Below are positions 1-10,505 of a stretch of 64,000 nt of DNA, piece by piece. How positions within the stretch are numbered: position 1 is the stretch's first letter; every line of letters starts with the position of its first letter. Location: positions 1,525-65,524 of the forward strand of contig JAPLXO010000006.1 in assembly GCA_026396065.1 (NCBI GenBank), read 5' to 3'. This DNA is from Candidatus Nomurabacteria bacterium. Lineage in GTDB: Bacteria > Patescibacteriota > Minisyncoccia > Phycocordibacterales > UBA9973. The translations under genes were made by a program, and so were the position numbers. The notes beneath the pieces were generated by a model. It was not told where the DNA came from, ran no database searches, and saw only the letters and a program-made list of their open reading frames with translations.

Positions 1-40
1 TAGCTTACTTAATAGGTTACGATCTTTTGGAAAAAGATAA

Positions 41-1066
41 TCAAAGACTAAACTTTGAAATATTATAAAGCTCAGCTTCATCTTCTTGTTCATCTGCTTT
101 AGAGCTGTCGTCGAGTGGTGTGCCCGTCTCTGATAAAATATCGCCTGATACAGGCGCTTCTGCAGAAGAAATTTCGTCAGAAATTTCTTCTGCTTTATTA
201 GCTATAAAATTCTCCATCATTTCTGTACCGTTTTTATTATTTTCTATTTTTCCTAGCATATCCAAAATACTTCGAAGATCATCTGAAGAAAAATAATCTA
301 TTTTAATTTGTCCACCATTTTCTTTTCTCTCAATATGTACGCGAGTACCGAGTTTTTCCTGAAATTCTTCTTCTAAGTCACTGATTTCTGGATCAGGCAT
401 AAATTCTTTCTTGCGAACTCTGTCATAAGCAATCTTACGAGCAATTTTTTCTGCTTCACGCACTGTGAGCTTCTTATATAAAATTTCCTTAAATAAAACT
501 ATCTGCTCTTCTGGTCTATCAGCGAGCATGAGTATTGGGCGTGTATGCCCTTCTGAAATTTTTCCTTCAGACAAAGCATTCAAAATTTCTTCAGGTAAAG
601 TCAAAATACGCAAAGTATTGGAAACATGTTCACGACTTTTTCCGACTTTCATACCCACTTGTGCATGAGTAAATTTAAATTCTTCAATCAAACGAAAAAA
701 GGCTCGAGCACGATCGACAGAATTTAAATCTTCACGTTGTAAGTTTTCAATAATAGCGAGTTCGAGTTTCATCATAGAAGTATCACCTACACGAATGATA
801 GTAGGTACTTGGGATACTCCGGCTAACTTCGAAGCACGAAGTCGGCGTTCACCTGCAATGAGCTCGTATTCAGTGACTAACCCTCCATCTTCTTTTTCTA
901 CTTCAACACGAGAAACTGTAAGAGGTTGAAGTACTCCATATTGGCGAATAGAATCAGCGAGGTCACGAAGTCTTGCATCATCGAATTCTCGGCGTGGTTG
1001 ATATGGGTTTGGTTTGATTTTATCGACATCAACCCAGAAAATTGAATTGGAATATAAATTGGACAT
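41..1066 (-). CDS. parB: ParB/Spo0J chromosome partitioning protein
   Basis: PNPYQPR, LQPL, ELIAGERRLRA and ENLQREDL motifs followed by an HTH region. Confidence 0.95.
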   Translation of the reverse strand: MSNLYSNSIFWVDVDKIKPNPYQPRREFDDARLRDLADSIRQYGVLQPLTVSRVEVEKEDGGLVTEYELIAGERRLRASKLAGVSQVPTIIRVGDTSMMKLELAIIENLQREDLNSVDRARAFFRLIEEFKFTHAQVGMKVGKSREHVSNTLRILTLPEEILNALSEGKISEGHTRPILMLADRPEEQIVLFKEILYKKLTVREAEKIARKIAYDRVRKKEFMPDPEISDLEEEFQEKLGTRVHIERKENGGQIKIDYFSSDDLRSILDMLGKIENNKNGTEMMENFIANKAEEISDEISSAEAPVSGDILSETGTPLDDSSKADEQEDEAELYNISKFSL

Positions 1067-1236
1067 AAACCTATTCTAACATATTAGAAAATATTTATTA
1101 TATTGATTAAAGTACTGTTATTGTGTAAAATGTGTGAATTGCCTGGAATATTTGGCAATTGCCCCCGATCGCCTGTTCGCTTTGCTGACATCGGCGATTC
1201 TGAACTGATTGGGGGCAAAACAAAGCACTTTGTTTT

Positions 1237-1318
1237 GCCCGGGTGGCGGAATTGGTAGACGCGCACGACTCAAAATCGTGTCTCGTAAGGGGTGAGAGTT
1301 CGATTCTCTCCCCGGGCA
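1237..1318 (+). tRNA. tRNA-Leu(CAA)
   Basis: GCCCGGG/CCCGGGC acceptor stem, CACGA-CTCAAAA-TCGTG anticodon arm, long variable arm, GTTCGATTC T-loop. Confidence 0.96.
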
Positions 1319-1321
1319 CAT

Positions 1322-2644
1322 ATGAAAAAAATAAATACAACAATTAATTTTGAAATAAATGGAGGAAATAAACTTCATGGTTCTATTGCTACAAATGCTT
1401 CCAAAAATGGTTCCGTTGGTCTTTTGTGTGCATCTCTATTAAATAAAGGCAAAACGACACTACACAACATTGCACGAATAGAAGAAGTAAACAGAGTTAT
1501 AGAAGTATTAGAAAGTATTGGTGTAAAAATAAAATGGATCGGTCCTCAAAGTCTAATAATTACCCCACCAAAAAAATTCAAAATAGAAAATTTAGATTCA
1601 GAATCTGCTGTAAAAACAAGAAGTATTATAATGTTTGCGGGACCATTAATTCATTATTTAAAAAAATTCTCTCTACCACATGCGCAAGGGTGTAAACTAG
1701 GTAAAAGAACAGTTTCTGCTCATATTTATGGACTTCAAGAATTGGGAGTGAAAATAAAAGTTACTAATCAAAATTATGAAATCGATAGTGATAAACTAAA
1801 ACCTACAGAAATAATTATGTACGAATCTGGAGACACAGCTTGTGAAAATTTACTCACTGCGGCATCTCTTGTAGAAGGAAAAACAACAATTAAATTTACT
1901 ACTGCAAATTATATGGTACAAGAAATTTGTTTTTTCTTGGAACACTTAGGAGTAAAAATTGATGGCATTGGTTCTACTACTTTGACTATCCATGGAATAA
2001 AAGAAATAAATAAAGATATTGAATATTATAATAGTGAAGACCCGATAGAATCTATGATGTGGATCACTTCTGCTATTGCAACAAACTCTACTCTTGAAAT
2101 ACAAAAATGCCCAATAGATTTTTTGGAATTGGAATTATATAAATTAAAAAAAATGGGTTTGAAATATAAAATTTTAAAAAATTATAAGTCTAAAAACTCT
2201 CGCACAAATCTCGCAGATATAAAAATATTACCTTCAAAGTTGAAAGCATTGGAAGATAAAATAGAGGCTCGCCCTTATCCAGGGTTAAATATAGACAATT
2301 TACCATTTTTTGGCCTCATTGCTGCATGTGCAAAAGGTACTACCTTGATACATGATTGGGTTTATGAAAATAGAGCAATATATTTAACAGAATTAAATCG
2401 CCTAGGAGCTACTGTTCTTCTAGCTGACCCACACCGTGTATATATAGAAGGTCCAACTCAATTTAAACCTGCACAAATAGTTTGCCCGCCAGCACTTCGT
2501 CCTTCTGTGGTAATAATGCTTGCAATGCTTTCAGCGAAAGGTAAATCCATGTTGCGTAATGTATATATGATAAATCGTGGTTATGAAGATATCGTAAAAA
2601 GATTTCGCACTATTGGTGCAGACATAAAAGAAGTGCGTGACTAA
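1322..2644 (+). CDS. murA: UDP-N-acetylglucosamine 1-carboxyvinyltransferase
   Basis: SKN motif, QGCKLGKR (active-site Cys loop), PYPG, ENR, LR, RGYE; ATG at 1322 chosen because the longer ORF start lies inside the tRNA. Confidence 0.9.
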   Translation: MKKINTTINFEINGGNKLHGSIATNASKNGSVGLLCASLLNKGKTTLHNIARIEEVNRVIEVLESIGVKIKWIGPQSLIITPPKKFKIENLDSESAVKTRSIIMFAGPLIHYLKKFSLPHAQGCKLGKRTVSAHIYGLQELGVKIKVTNQNYEIDSDKLKPTEIIMYESGDTACENLLTAASLVEGKTTIKFTTANYMVQEICFFLEHLGVKIDGIGSTTLTIHGIKEINKDIEYYNSEDPIESMMWITSAIATNSTLEIQKCPIDFLELELYKLKKMGLKYKILKNYKSKNSRTNLADIKILPSKLKALEDKIEARPYPGLNIDNLPFFGLIAACAKGTTLIHDWVYENRAIYLTELNRLGATVLLADPHRVYIEGPTQFKPAQIVCPPALRPSVVIMLAMLSAKGKSMLRNVYMINRGYEDIVKRFRTIGADIKEVRD

Positions 2645-2651
2645 TTTAGAT

Positions 2652-3554
2652 ATGCAAAAAGAAAAAGTAATTGTCATTCTCGGGCAAACAGCTACAGGTA
2701 AAAGTAATTTTGCTGTAAAAATTGCAAAGCAAATTAATGGTGAAATAATTTCTGCTGACTCAAGGCAAATATATAAAGGTCTTGAAATTGGTTCTGGAAA
2801 AGTCACAGAGCGTGAAATGAAAGGTATACCTCATCACATACTAGACTTTGTAAATCCTAAGAAAAAATTCACAGTAGCACAATACAAAACTCTCGCTGAT
2901 AAAAAAATTAAAGAAATATTATTTAAAGGTAAAACTCCAATCGTTTGCGGTGGTACAGGATTTTACATCGATGCTGTGGTGAATAACATAGTTCTACCAG
3001 AGGTGAAACCAAATCTGAAACTTCGAAAAGAATTAGAAAAGAAATCAGCTGTCGAGCTTTTTAAGATACTTAAAAAGCTCGACAGCACACGTGCAAAAAA
3101 TATCGATGCGAAGAACAAGGTCCGTCTAATTCGTGCTATAGAAATAGCTCAAACTATCGGTAAAGTGCCAAAAATAAAAAAGTCCCCTGCCTTGTATAAT
3201 TTTACAAAAATAGGACTCTACGCTCCAAATGATTTTCTAGAAAATAAAATAACTAAACGCATTAAAAAAATGTTTGATAAAAAAAATAATGGTGGACTCG
3301 TAAATGAAGTAAAAAAACTTAAAAAATCTGGTCTTTCAGATAAAAGAATTACTGAGCTTGGTTTTGAATATTTCTACCCTCTCCTATTTATAAATAAAAA
3401 AATCACAGAGCATGAAATGATAGAGCGGACTATTTTAGGTAATATTCAATACGCTAAACGCCAAATGACGTGGTTCAAACGCGACCCAGAAATACAATGG
3501 ATTAATGTCAGCGAGCCTTTTAGCATAGAGAAAGTTAAAAAATCCAATAATTAA
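2652..3554 (+). CDS. miaA: tRNA (adenosine37-N6)-dimethylallyltransferase
   Basis: GQTATGKS P-loop, ISADSRQIY, GGTGFY, YAKRQMTWF. Confidence 0.96.
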   Translation: MQKEKVIVILGQTATGKSNFAVKIAKQINGEIISADSRQIYKGLEIGSGKVTEREMKGIPHHILDFVNPKKKFTVAQYKTLADKKIKEILFKGKTPIVCGGTGFYIDAVVNNIVLPEVKPNLKLRKELEKKSAVELFKILKKLDSTRAKNIDAKNKVRLIRAIEIAQTIGKVPKIKKSPALYNFTKIGLYAPNDFLENKITKRIKKMFDKKNNGGLVNEVKKLKKSGLSDKRITELGFEYFYPLLFINKKITEHEMIERTILGNIQYAKRQMTWFKRDPEIQWINVSEPFSIEKVKKSNN

Positions 3555-3783
3555 TTACTCCCCACAGTAAAACAAGTGTGATAATAAGAGTATTAATAAA
3601 AATACCAATTTGGTTTGCATTTTTCCAAGCTTTGTAAGAACTATAAATCCAAAATACTTGGGATACCAAATTAAAAACTAGACCATATTGAGGAAGTTTT
3701 AATGAAGTAAGTAAAAATCCCAATAACGTAAAAAGAACTAAGCCAATTTGAGCGAAATTATTAATAGTGAAATTTTTTTTCAT
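3535..3783 (-). CDS. small 3-TM membrane protein
   Basis: 82 aa with three hydrophobic stretches; family not recognised. Confidence 0.65.
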   Translation of the reverse strand: MKKNFTINNFAQIGLVLFTLLGFLLTSLKLPQYGLVFNLVSQVFWIYSSYKAWKNANQIGIFINTLIITLVLLWGVINYWIF

Positions 3784-3895
3784 ATAATTTTTATTTCTTA
3801 TTGTCTTTTATGCGCTACACCTTAATCCATAACAGATACAAGCTATTATAGCTTATTTCTTGCTTTTTTAACACTTTTATATTAGTATTGAACAC

Positions 3896-4054
3896 ATGTC
3901 ACAAGATAGACTAATAAAACTTGCGTGCGGGACTTGCAAACGAATAAATTACTGGTCCAGTAAGAACAAAAAACTCGTCACAAAAAAGATCGAGCTCAAT
4001 AAATTTTGTCGTTGGTGCCGTAAAGGAACTAAACATAAAGAAATTAAGAAGTAA
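3896..4054 (+). CDS. rpmG: 50S ribosomal protein L33, zinc-binding type (not in ORF track)
   Basis: Manual translation MSQDRLIKLACGTCKRINYWSSKNKKLVTKKIELNKFCRWCRKGTKHKEIKK; two CxxC pairs. Confidence 0.95.
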   Translation: MSQDRLIKLACGTCKRINYWSSKNKKLVTKKIELNKFCRWCRKGTKHKEIKK

Positions 4055-4181
4055 TTTTCTCATTTCTAAACCTTTATGTTATACTTGTTTTGGCAGTAAA
4101 AGTTTACTGCTTGTTCTTTATATTTAGGTTATATCTTCGGGTATTTCCTATTAAGGACGTAACAATTATTTATTCTTATGT

Positions 4182-4207
4182 CCTCACCCTCCCCGTTTTA
4201 CGGGGAG
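4182..4207. repeat. REP-like CCTCACC + GC hairpin, copy 1 (divergent)
   Basis: CCTCACC-CTCCCCGT-TTT-ACGGGGAG; related to 14570 and 17257. Confidence 0.5.
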
Positions 4208-4210
4208 CGT

Positions 4211-4281
4211 GGGCGATTAGTTTAGTGGTAGAACGAAGGTCTCCAAAACCTTTGGTGGGGGTTCGATTCCCTCATCGCCCG
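4211..4281 (+). tRNA. tRNA-Trp(CCA)
   Basis: GGGCGAT/ATCGCCC acceptor stem, AAGGT-CTCCAAA-ACCTT anticodon arm. Confidence 0.95.
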
Positions 4282-4283
4282 CA

Positions 4284-4326
4284 ATGATACGAAAAGAGAG
4301 CCTGAATGGCTCTCTTTTCGTATCAT
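4284..4326 (+). terminator. long hairpin downstream of tRNA-Trp
   Basis: ATGATACGAAAAGAGAGCC-TGAAT-GGCTCTCTTTTCGTATCAT perfect inverted repeat. Confidence 0.65.
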
Positions 4327-4353
4327 CATTGAGTGGCTATTAGGGAAGCGAAA

Positions 4354-4415
4354 GCCGGAGCGCGTCGGCGCGAGGCGGGGTAGCGGAATTTTTCAGCAGA
4401 AAAATATCCGTGACC
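4354..4415 (+). repeat. tRNA-adjacent two-hairpin repeat, copy 1
   Basis: GCCGGAGCGCGTCGGCGCGAGGC + GGTAGCGGAATTTTTCAGCAGAAAAATATCCGTGACC; close match to 48823-48883. Confidence 0.85.
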
Positions 4416-4452
4416 GATTCCCTAATCTTTAAAGCTTTAGTATAATTAAATT

Positions 4453-4794
4453 ATGAAAAAATTTAAGATTATCAATATTAAAGATGTTCCCTTAGAAGGA
4501 ACACACGATCTTCCTAATTCACGAAAAACATTAGCAACTTCAGAAGATGTAGAAACAAACAATCTCGATGCTTTAACAAAAGGATTTCTTGAAAAAGGAA
4601 AGATATGGGATTGGCATAATCATGCTGGTCACGATGAATTTTGTATTGTTCTTAAAGGAAAAGGTGAATTTCATTGGGAATATGAAATGTCAGAATATAA
4701 ATTAGAAGATGTAATAATCATTCCAGCAAAGGGTAAACACAAGATAGTGGCAATTGAGGATTCCGAGTTTTATTTTGTCCGAATTGCAATTTGA
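4453..4794 (+). CDS. cupin domain protein
   Basis: WHNH...DEFCIVLKGKG...IIIPAKGKH cupin motifs. Confidence 0.85.
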   Translation: MKKFKIINIKDVPLEGTHDLPNSRKTLATSEDVETNNLDALTKGFLEKGKIWDWHNHAGHDEFCIVLKGKGEFHWEYEMSEYKLEDVIIIPAKGKHKIVAIEDSEFYFVRIAI

Positions 4795-4855
4795 TTATTT
4801 TAATCCTTACTCCACAACAACTCAGTTCCAACAGCCAATACAATACCCGTATCTA

Positions 4856-4988
4856 TTGCTTTTTAAGCTAAAATATTGTAATATAAAAATAATTTTGTAC
4901 TTTGAAAGTATGTTTTTTATTTGTAAAAAAATACAAGATTGGTATTTTGGACGTTATTATTTTAATTTCTAAAATATCGGTCTTGTAT
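4856..4988 (+). promoter_or_regulatory. sigma70 promoter + boxA-like motif + hairpin leader (A)
   Basis: TTGCTT-17-TAATAT, GTACTTTGAAAG at 4897, hairpin 4931-4988. Confidence 0.6.
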
Positions 4989-5022
4989 AACATGTAAAAT
5001 TTCCGATATAAAAAAATAAAAA

Positions 5023-5358
5023 ATGTCAGTAGGTATAGATTTATTCAGAACAGGTAGTGATATCAATATAAAAGTAGTTAATCTTGATGATATCACTCTA
5101 AACAAAAAGGATTTCGAAGCTCTTTTAGGTGTAACACTATTAGCAACGCCAATGGCACAATTTTACTTTGAAACTGTTGGTGAAGCAAAAGTTCCACACG
5201 GTGAAGCACTTGGTGGAAAACATCATTATTCATTTAAAGTACAAGAAGCAGTAAATGCTTTAGAAAAAGAAGGAAAAGATTCTAGTTTATGGAAAAAACT
5301 CGACCCAAAGCTAGAAGCACTTCTTATTGCTTCTGCCTGTGAAGTACAAACAAATTAA
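5023..5358 (+). CDS. hypothetical protein (orphan)
   Basis: 111-aa ORF with its own promoter and terminator. Confidence 0.7.
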   Translation: MSVGIDLFRTGSDINIKVVNLDDITLNKKDFEALLGVTLLATPMAQFYFETVGEAKVPHGEALGGKHHYSFKVQEAVNALEKEGKDSSLWKKLDPKLEALLIASACEVQTN

Positions 5359-5385
5359 TTGGCAAGAAAAAATCTTACCAAAACA

Positions 5386-5417
5386 AAAAGCCAATTCCGA
5401 ACTCGGAATTGGCTTTT
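5386..5417. terminator. bidirectional intrinsic terminator
   Basis: AAAAAGCCAATTCCGA-AC-TCGGAATTGGCTTTTT between convergent genes. Confidence 0.8.
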
Positions 5418-6560
5418 TTAAATAACAACCCTTGGTAGTAACGCACTCAAATGAGCTACTACTTCATAATTAATTGTTCCAATTTTTTCGGCAAGATCTT
5501 CTGCAGTTATTTCTAGTTTATTTTGCTTACCAATAATTACAACTTTATCTTCGGCACAGAGATCTTTGAGATGATTTACATCAACAACAAACATATTCAT
5601 CATAACGCGGCCGAGTATTTTACATCGTGTTCCACCAATAAGCACTTCCCCTTTATTTGAAAGTCTACGATCAAGACCGTCCGCATATCCTTGTGGAATC
5701 ACCGCGACCTTAGTTTCTTTTTTTGTTTTATAAGTAAGTCCATAGCCAACAGTACTTCCCTTTGAGAGTGTTTTTACTTGTGCAATTTTTGTTTTCCAAG
5801 AAAGCACTGGGAGTAAATTGAATTTTGGATGAATCTTTTTAAAAGTATTTTTTAATTCTTCTGATGGCCATAAACCATACAAACCGATACCGATCCGAAC
5901 AAGTGGATGTGCGTTCTCTTTTATTTCATAAGCCATCACACCTGAAGTAGCCGAGATGTGTGTTTGCAGGTTTTTGAAACCATATTCCTTTGCCAAATTC
6001 ACCGCCATACGATGTGTAGCAATTTGCTTATTTGCATGAGAAAAATCCGTAGTATCTTCTATGTTTGCAAAATGTGCATATATGCCAGTCAATTTTATAT
6101 ATTTTGATTTTTTTATTTCTGTAAATATTTCTGGTAGTTCAGTAAACAAAACCCCCTCTCGTCCAAGGTGCGCATCGACAGCCAAATGCACCTCTTGCAC
6201 TTTGTTAAGTTTTTTTCCGATAGCAGAGATGTTTAACAAATGCTCTCGTGAAAAAACTGATAGTACACAATCGAGCTTCATAGCTTTTGCCAAATCACTT
6301 TCCATAACATAACCCAAAACAAAAGTTTTCTTTTTTGTTTGTTTACGGAGCATTTCTAATTCTTCAAAACTATTTATCATAAAAGCATCAGTATATGATG
6401 CTAAAATATCTATAACTTCCTTTTGCCCATGACCGTATGCATTTGCCTTAATCGCAGAAATTATTTGTGTCTCTTTTTTCACCAAACTTCTAAATTGCTT
6501 AATATTGTGTATTAAGTTTTCTTTCGATATTTCTATATGTGATAAATAATTATTTTTCAT
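5418..6560 (-). CDS. alr: alanine racemase
   Basis: IKANAYGHG (PLP lysine), VRIGIGLYG, GYADG, GTINYE. Confidence 0.96.
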   Translation of the reverse strand: MKNNYLSHIEISKENLIHNIKQFRSLVKKETQIISAIKANAYGHGQKEVIDILASYTDAFMINSFEELEMLRKQTKKKTFVLGYVMESDLAKAMKLDCVLSVFSREHLLNISAIGKKLNKVQEVHLAVDAHLGREGVLFTELPEIFTEIKKSKYIKLTGIYAHFANIEDTTDFSHANKQIATHRMAVNLAKEYGFKNLQTHISATSGVMAYEIKENAHPLVRIGIGLYGLWPSEELKNTFKKIHPKFNLLPVLSWKTKIAQVKTLSKGSTVGYGLTYKTKKETKVAVIPQGYADGLDRRLSNKGEVLIGGTRCKILGRVMMNMFVVDVNHLKDLCAEDKVVIIGKQNKLEITAEDLAEKIGTINYEVVAHLSALLPRVVI

Positions 6561-6615
6561 TAGTATCCTTTATTTTATAGAGTAAAAAGTTAAAAGTCAA
6601 AATAGATGAGAGCTA

Positions 6616-6739
6616 TTGAAAATTTAGATTAAGTATGGTAATGTGTGAAAAAGTAAAGTACCTTGAAAAAATGATTTTTATAGTTTTTGTTAGTTAATTT
6701 TCCGAGTTCCATATTTGGGCTTCAGAAAATTAACTAATA
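6616..6739 (+). promoter_or_regulatory. sigma70 promoter + boxA-like motif + hairpin leader (B)
   Basis: TTGAAA-17-TAATGT, GTACCTTGAAAA at 6658, hairpin about 6687-6739. Confidence 0.6.
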
Positions 6740-6762
6740 CTAACAAAATAAAAAAACAAAAG

Positions 6763-7611
6763 ATGAAAAAAATAATTCTAACATTAGGTACCGTGATCAT
6801 GATCATTGGTGCTACGTTTGCAGATGATGTACACAAAAACACAGAACAAAAAGGTAAAGTAATAATTATCTACAATCTTCCATTGCCTGATAGTACAAAA
6901 GATGCAATGCAAGAAATAATAACAAAGTACAACAAAAGTTTTCCTTTAAATGACACACTGAGAATAGATTCAATGCCTTTGTTATATGAAGGTCAAAATT
7001 TTCAAGAAGTGGGTCCTGTTTTTGGAAAACCTGGAGGATTACTAATAGACAACGAACAATTACAAAAACTAAACTCAAGGGAAGTAAAAAGTTTTATAGC
7101 CGGTCAATTATTCCAAACATTAAGCCCAGTGGAGATTGATACTATTTTTACAAACTTTGAATTAGACTCAGGCATGACTGCAATTGGTTTTTCTGGACTA
7201 GCTACGCAAATTCACATTTCTAATTTTATAAGCTTTCTTACCCCAATGGAAACTGGAGCTGCGGAAGCATTCGCAAGAAAAGTATGTAAGGGATTTTATG
7301 TTGAAAGAGATTTAGATAGTTCCTATTTTAGATTAGGACATCTTATGACTTTTATCTTAGGTAATGGTTGGTTAACTGCAAAAGACTTAATTGATGCAGA
7401 AAAAACTAATAATGTACCAAGAATTGTCTCTTTGATATTAAAAAAGGAAGTTGAAAAAATTGATACAGATGATATCTATCTTATAATTAAATTATTTGAT
7501 GATATTTGTTTTAGTAAGAAAGAAGAATCATTGCAAGATTTACAATATGTATTTGAAGAAAGAAAAAAAAATGGAGATAATACTCCATACACAATTAAAT
7601 TAAAGAAATAA
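6763..7611 (+). CDS. hypothetical secreted protein (orphan)
   Basis: MKKIILTLGTVIMIIGATFA signal peptide from ATG 6763; no recognised domain. Confidence 0.7.
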   Translation: MKKIILTLGTVIMIIGATFADDVHKNTEQKGKVIIIYNLPLPDSTKDAMQEIITKYNKSFPLNDTLRIDSMPLLYEGQNFQEVGPVFGKPGGLLIDNEQLQKLNSREVKSFIAGQLFQTLSPVEIDTIFTNFELDSGMTAIGFSGLATQIHISNFISFLTPMETGAAEAFARKVCKGFYVERDLDSSYFRLGHLMTFILGNGWLTAKDLIDAEKTNNVPRIVSLILKKEVEKIDTDDIYLIIKLFDDICFSKKEESLQDLQYVFEERKKNGDNTPYTIKLKK

Positions 7612-7652
7612 AAAAAGTCGTTCTTGGGTTTTCACTTAAGAACGACTTTTTT
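7612..7652. terminator. bidirectional intrinsic terminator
   Basis: AAAAAAGTCGTTCTT...AAGAACGACTTTTTT. Confidence 0.75.
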
Positions 7653-7657
7653 GTTTG

Positions 7658-7740
7658 TGCGTCGGGAAGGATTCGAACCTTCGTAGACCGAAGTCGACAG
7701 ATTTACAGTCTGTTGTGATTGACCACTCCACCACCGACGC
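7658..7740 (-). tRNA. tRNA-Tyr(GTA)
   Basis: Reverse complement GCGTCGG...ACAGA-CTGTAAA-TCTGT, variable arm, GGTTCGAATCC, CCGACGCA. Confidence 0.96.
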
Positions 7741-7798
7741 GTAAATATAAAATAGCATAAAATGTCTTTTTTTGCATCTTTTGTATATTTTATTTTAC

Positions 7799-10459
7799 TT
7801 ATTTTTTCTCTACTTTGGCTTTTGATATAAAAGGACTTTTAATTTTTCCTTTTTTAGTTTCGATGAGTAGTTCGTTGTTTTTTACAGTTACAAAAACCTT
7901 ATCTCCTTTCTTAACACCTTTGGAAATAATATATGTCGCTACAGGATTAAGTATTTTTGTTTGAATAAGTCTATTTATAGGACGTGCACCGAAATGTGGA
8001 TCATAGCCTTCTTTTGCTAGATAATCTAATGCTTGCTCTGAAATTTCAAAACCAATTTCTTTTGCTTTCAATCTCTCAGCAACAACTTGAATTCTCAAAT
8101 TTACAATCTCGCGAATTGCTTCTGGAGATAAAATATCAAAAACAATAGTTTCATCTAGGCGATTCAAGAATTCTGGAGAAAAATGATCTTTCAAACTTTC
8201 CATTACCTTGTCTTTTGTTTGAGAATAATTTTCTACAGCAGAATTATTTGAGAATCCGATTGATTCCATTTTCTCTACAAATTGTGAACCGATATTTGAA
8301 GTGAGGATAATAATTGTGTTTTTAAAATTCACAATCCTACCCTTTCCATCTGTAAGGCGTCCTTCATCTAGAACTTGTAAAAGCATATTGAAAACTTCTG
8401 GATGAGCTTTTTCAATTTCATCAAAAAGAATCACAGAGTAGGGACGATGACGAACTGATTCTGTGAGCTGTCCAGCTTCTTCATAGCCGACGTATCCTGG
8501 TGGAGAACCTATAAGCTTTGAGACACTATGTCTCTCCATGAATTCCGACATATCTACGCGAATCAAAGCTTTATCATCGTTAAACATAAATTGAGCTAAA
8601 GACTTCGTAAGCTCTGTCTTTCCGACACCAGTAGGACCAAGAAATATAAAAGAGCCAATTGGTCTGTTTGGATCTGAAATACCAGCGCGGGAACGGCGTA
8701 TAACGTCTGCTACGCGAGTAATTGCTTCCTTTTGACCGACTACGCGTTTCGCCAATTCTTCTTCCATTCTGGCTAATTTTGCACGCTCCTCTTCAAGCAT
8801 TTTCATGAGTGGAATTCCTGTCCAACGAGCGACTACTTCTGCTATATCTTCAGCTGTAATTTCTTCTTTCAATATTCGGCGAGATTTTTGTAATTTTTTT
8901 AAACGAAGTAATTTTACTTCCAATTCTTTTTTTAATTCTGGAATTTTTCCATAACGAATTTCGGCAGCACGAGAAAGATCTGCGCGCATTTCTGCATTCT
9001 CTGCTTCCACACGAAAAGTTTCCAATTCTTTTTTAATTGCACGAATTTCAACTACAGTTCCTTTTTCATTTTTCCATTTTAATTCAAGTTCTTTTGTTTT
9101 CTCTTGCAAATTGCCGATAGCATTATCAATTTCTTTCACGCGACTTTTTGGATCATTTTCTTTTTTTAAGGCCTCTTTTTCGATTTCTAAACGCATTATT
9201 TTTCTATGTGCATCTTCAAGTTCTTGAGGTTTATTTTCTAAGGCAATTTTAAGTGATGAAGAAGCTTCATCTATCAAGTCGATAGCTTTGTCAGGGAGAA
9301 ATCTGTTGGTGATATATCGCGCACTCAAATTCACCGCAGACAAAATAGCATCATCTGTAATACGTACACCATGGAAAAGTTCATATCTTTCTTTGAGTCC
9401 TCGAAGAATTGCAATTGCATCTTCGGTATTTGGCTCATCAACATATACAGGCTGAAAACGTCTAGCCAATGCTGGATCTTTTTCAATATGTTTTTGATAT
9501 TCTTTTAAAGTCGTCGCGCCAATAGCACGAAGCTCTCCACGAGAAAGAGCCGGCTTTAGCATATTTGAAGCATCAAGAGTTCCTTCTGCCCCTCCTGCGC
9601 CGACGATAGTGTGTATTTCGTCAATAAACAAAATAATTTTCCCTTCTGCTCTTTCTATTTCTTTCATTAATCCATTCAAACGTTCTTCGAATTCTCCTCG
9701 ATATTTTGTTCCAGCAATGAGCGAACCTAAATCAAGGGAAACAATTTCTTTATCACGAAGAGATTCAGAAACATCGCCTTTTGCAATCCTATTTGCTAAA
9801 CCTTCTACTACAGCAGTCTTTCCTGTGCCAGCTTCACCGATAAGTATTGGATTATTTTTTGTACGACGAGAAAGAATTTGCATTATGCGCATAATTTCTG
9901 TATCGCGACCAATCACAGGATCAAGCTTGTCTTCACGGGCAAGCTTAGTAAGATTACGGGTATATTTATTTAGTAATTTATTTTTCTTTGGAGTAGAGAC
10001 ACTACCTTCACCATTTACACGAAGATCTTCTAATACTTTCAAAACATTTTCTTTAAATATTTTAAAGCGAGACAAAATTTCTCTAGCTTCACCTTGAATT
10101 TCTAAAATTGCAATAAAAAGATGCTCAGTCGATACAAATTCATCTTTTAAGATTTCAGCAATTTTTGCAGATTGTTCTAAAGTAGATGCCATGTCTGGAG
10201 TAAGATATATTTGATATGCAGGAGAAAGAGTAGAACGAGTTTCAGGAATTTCTATAGCTTCTAAAACAGAGTCTGTTAAAAGCATTGTGTCGATTTCCAA
10301 TTTATCTAAAATAGAAAGAACAATACTTTCGTCTTGTAAAAGTAAAGATGACAATAGATGTAAAGAAGAAACATGGTTTTGGCCACGTTCAATAGCTAGC
10401 TCGTGTGCTTTTTTAATTGCCTCTTTAGCTTTAGTTGTAAAACGATTTAATGGTGGCAT
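7799..10459 (-). CDS. clpB: ATP-dependent chaperone ClpB
   Basis: Clp N domain, two AAA+ modules ([16 protein letters not shown]), long coiled-coil middle domain. Confidence 0.93.
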   Translation of the reverse strand: MPPLNRFTTKAKEAIKKAHELAIERGQNHVSSLHLLSSLLLQDESIVLSILDKLEIDTMLLTDSVLEAIEIPETRSTLSPAYQIYLTPDMASTLEQSAKIAEILKDEFVSTEHLFIAILEIQGEAREILSRFKIFKENVLKVLEDLRVNGEGSVSTPKKNKLLNKYTRNLTKLAREDKLDPVIGRDTEIMRIMQILSRRTKNNPILIGEAGTGKTAVVEGLANRIAKGDVSESLRDKEIVSLDLGSLIAGTKYRGEFEERLNGLMKEIERAEGKIILFIDEIHTIVGAGGAEGTLDASNMLKPALSRGELRAIGATTLKEYQKHIEKDPALARRFQPVYVDEPNTEDAIAILRGLKERYELFHGVRITDDAILSAVNLSARYITNRFLPDKAIDLIDEASSSLKIALENKPQELEDAHRKIMRLEIEKEALKKENDPKSRVKEIDNAIGNLQEKTKELELKWKNEKGTVVEIRAIKKELETFRVEAENAEMRADLSRAAEIRYGKIPELKKELEVKLLRLKKLQKSRRILKEEITAEDIAEVVARWTGIPLMKMLEEERAKLARMEEELAKRVVGQKEAITRVADVIRRSRAGISDPNRPIGSFIFLGPTGVGKTELTKSLAQFMFNDDKALIRVDMSEFMERHSVSKLIGSPPGYVGYEEAGQLTESVRHRPYSVILFDEIEKAHPEVFNMLLQVLDEGRLTDGKGRIVNFKNTIIILTSNIGSQFVEKMESIGFSNNSAVENYSQTKDKVMESLKDHFSPEFLNRLDETIVFDILSPEAIREIVNLRIQVVAERLKAKEIGFEISEQALDYLAKEGYDPHFGARPINRLIQTKILNPVATYIISKGVKKGDKVFVTVKNNELLIETKKGKIKSPFISKAKVEKK

Positions 10460-10505
10460 ATAAGTTTATATATTAAAGAATAACACTAATTAAAAATAAG
10501 TCAAG

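Noticed and set aside
1159-1219. Possible SRP RNA
   Set aside because: Lacks the GGAA tetraloop and the CAGG/AGCAG domain IV signature
1084-1378. Minus-strand ORFs and the extended murA start at 1292
   Set aside because: They overlap tRNA-Leu; shadow translations of the tRNA
4090-4287. 65-aa ORF
   Set aside because: Runs through tRNA-Trp and has no protein features
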